Below, piece by piece: positions 63,267-64,000 of a DNA stretch of 64,000 bases; the stretch's first letter is position 1, and every line of letters begins with the position of its first letter. Origin of the DNA: Podarcis cretensis. Lineage: Eukaryota. Location of the stretch: the NCBI GenBank assembly GCA_951804945.1, contig OX638158.1, positions 43,524,001 to 43,588,000 of the forward strand, given 5' to 3'. The notes beneath the pieces were generated by a model. That model saw only the letters and a list, made by a program, of their open reading frames with translations. It had not been told where the DNA came from and did no database searches. A program made the translations under genes and the position numbers.

Positions 63267-63294
63267 CTTGGTGCGAACGCGCCTCCCGCTGCAT
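63205..63294 (-). other. Overlapping upstream ORF (29 aa) in ZDHHC17 exon 1
   Basis: ATG at 63294 is 28 nt upstream of the main ATG; [29 protein letters not shown]. Confidence 0.6.
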
Positions 63295-63684
63295 GCCGGG
63301 TAACGCGCTCCCTCGCGACCTCGCTCCTGCTCTCTCGCGCTCTGCGCCGGTGGGAGGGGGGGGCGCGAGAGGGAGAGCGGATGGGCCGCCAGACGGGGAG
63401 AGCCGAGGCGCGAGAGGGGAAGCGAACGCTCTCCAGTAGTAGCCGCTGGGTCCCGCCGCTCACGCCTGTGCTTTTGCTGCGCGCGGATTCCAGATAGGGC
63501 CTTAGTTTTTTTGGGGGGGGGAGGCCGCCTGGGTCCACCCACGTCACCCAAAGCATATGACAGAGGCCCATAAGTAGAGGGGGGAAAGGTAGACTTCAGA
63601 AAAGTACCTTGCGTGGGCCGGTACCCGCGAAGCCAGGATGTCCCACGCACAGGTCATGCAAGCGAGTCAAGCCATGTCAGTGGC

Positions 63685-63957
63685 AGCAAAGAGTCGGGGC
63701 TTCTTCCATCATGCTGTTGACCCGACAGGAAGTTTTTGCACTTTTTAAGGTGTTTAAAAATGTCCGGCCTTACGTTTTAATTCTGTATTTAAAGAATGTG
63801 TGCATTTCAGTGTCAGTGACTACTGACACAAGTGCTGTTACAGTCAATCACGATCGCGTACTGCCTAGGAGTTAATAAGTGTTATCCCGATATCAGATGA
63901 TACCCACTCCTTCCATTAAAACCTCTACTCACAGTTCCATTTACTTGGCAGTCTCAC
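63685..63957 (+). repeat. ~280-bp direct repeat, copy 2 (upstream of ZDHHC17 promoter)
   Basis: Aligns by eye with 57590-57871. Confidence 0.85.
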
Positions 63958-64000
63958 TTGGCAGCTGTAATATGCAGACCTGCTCTGCCACTTTTCTTTT

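Larger units (their letters stand above)
62930..63670 (-). promoter_or_regulatory. CpG island / promoter of ZDHHC17
   Basis: High GC and CpG density around exon 1; YY1-type motif GCCGCCATCTT over the start codon; TGACGT (CRE/ATF-like) at ~63541-63546. Confidence 0.8.

Noticed and set aside
62686-63650. Multiple ORFs around the CpG island, including a 155-aa frame containing exon 1
   Set aside because: CpG-island artefacts; only MAAPLEE...HPE matches ZDHHC17

Overview
Vertebrate (squamate, probably lacertid lizard, inferred from Sauria/Squam-type SINEs) genomic DNA with two convergent spliced genes. CSRP2 (+ strand) has 5 coding exons at 3634-9062 and encodes a 193-aa double-LIM protein. ZDHHC17/HIP14 (- strand) has 17 coding exons at 63266-14862 and encodes a 622-aa ankyrin-repeat DHHC palmitoyltransferase, with a CpG-island promoter at about 63 kb and a ~2.9 kb 3' UTR. 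All exon boundaries and phases were reconstructed by hand and sum to complete ORFs. The most notable observations: (1) a complete processed PPDPF retrocopy in ZDHHC17 intron 1, with TSD, AATAAA and poly(A) remnant, whose ORF is still open but ends in MITE-derived sequence; (2) a 1.74 kb Tc1/mariner-type non-autonomous element carrying ~1.5 kb of CpG-island/first-exon-like cargo (Pack-TIR candidate); (3) a young Penelope-like insertion with 199-bp inverted pLTRs, each holding a minimal hammerhead-ribozyme motif, ~100-200 nt upstream of a ZDHHC17 exon; (4) the upstream MQRE ATG (the annotated human start, from recall) is present but out of frame, forming an overlapping uORF; (5) a U12-type AT-AC intron 10. 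The rest is typical lizard repeat content: L2, CR1, L1, SINEs, hAT and mariner MITEs, and microsatellites. I see no wholly new multi-gene system; the findings are local, testable oddities. Family names and comparisons with human proteins come from recall, not from database searches.
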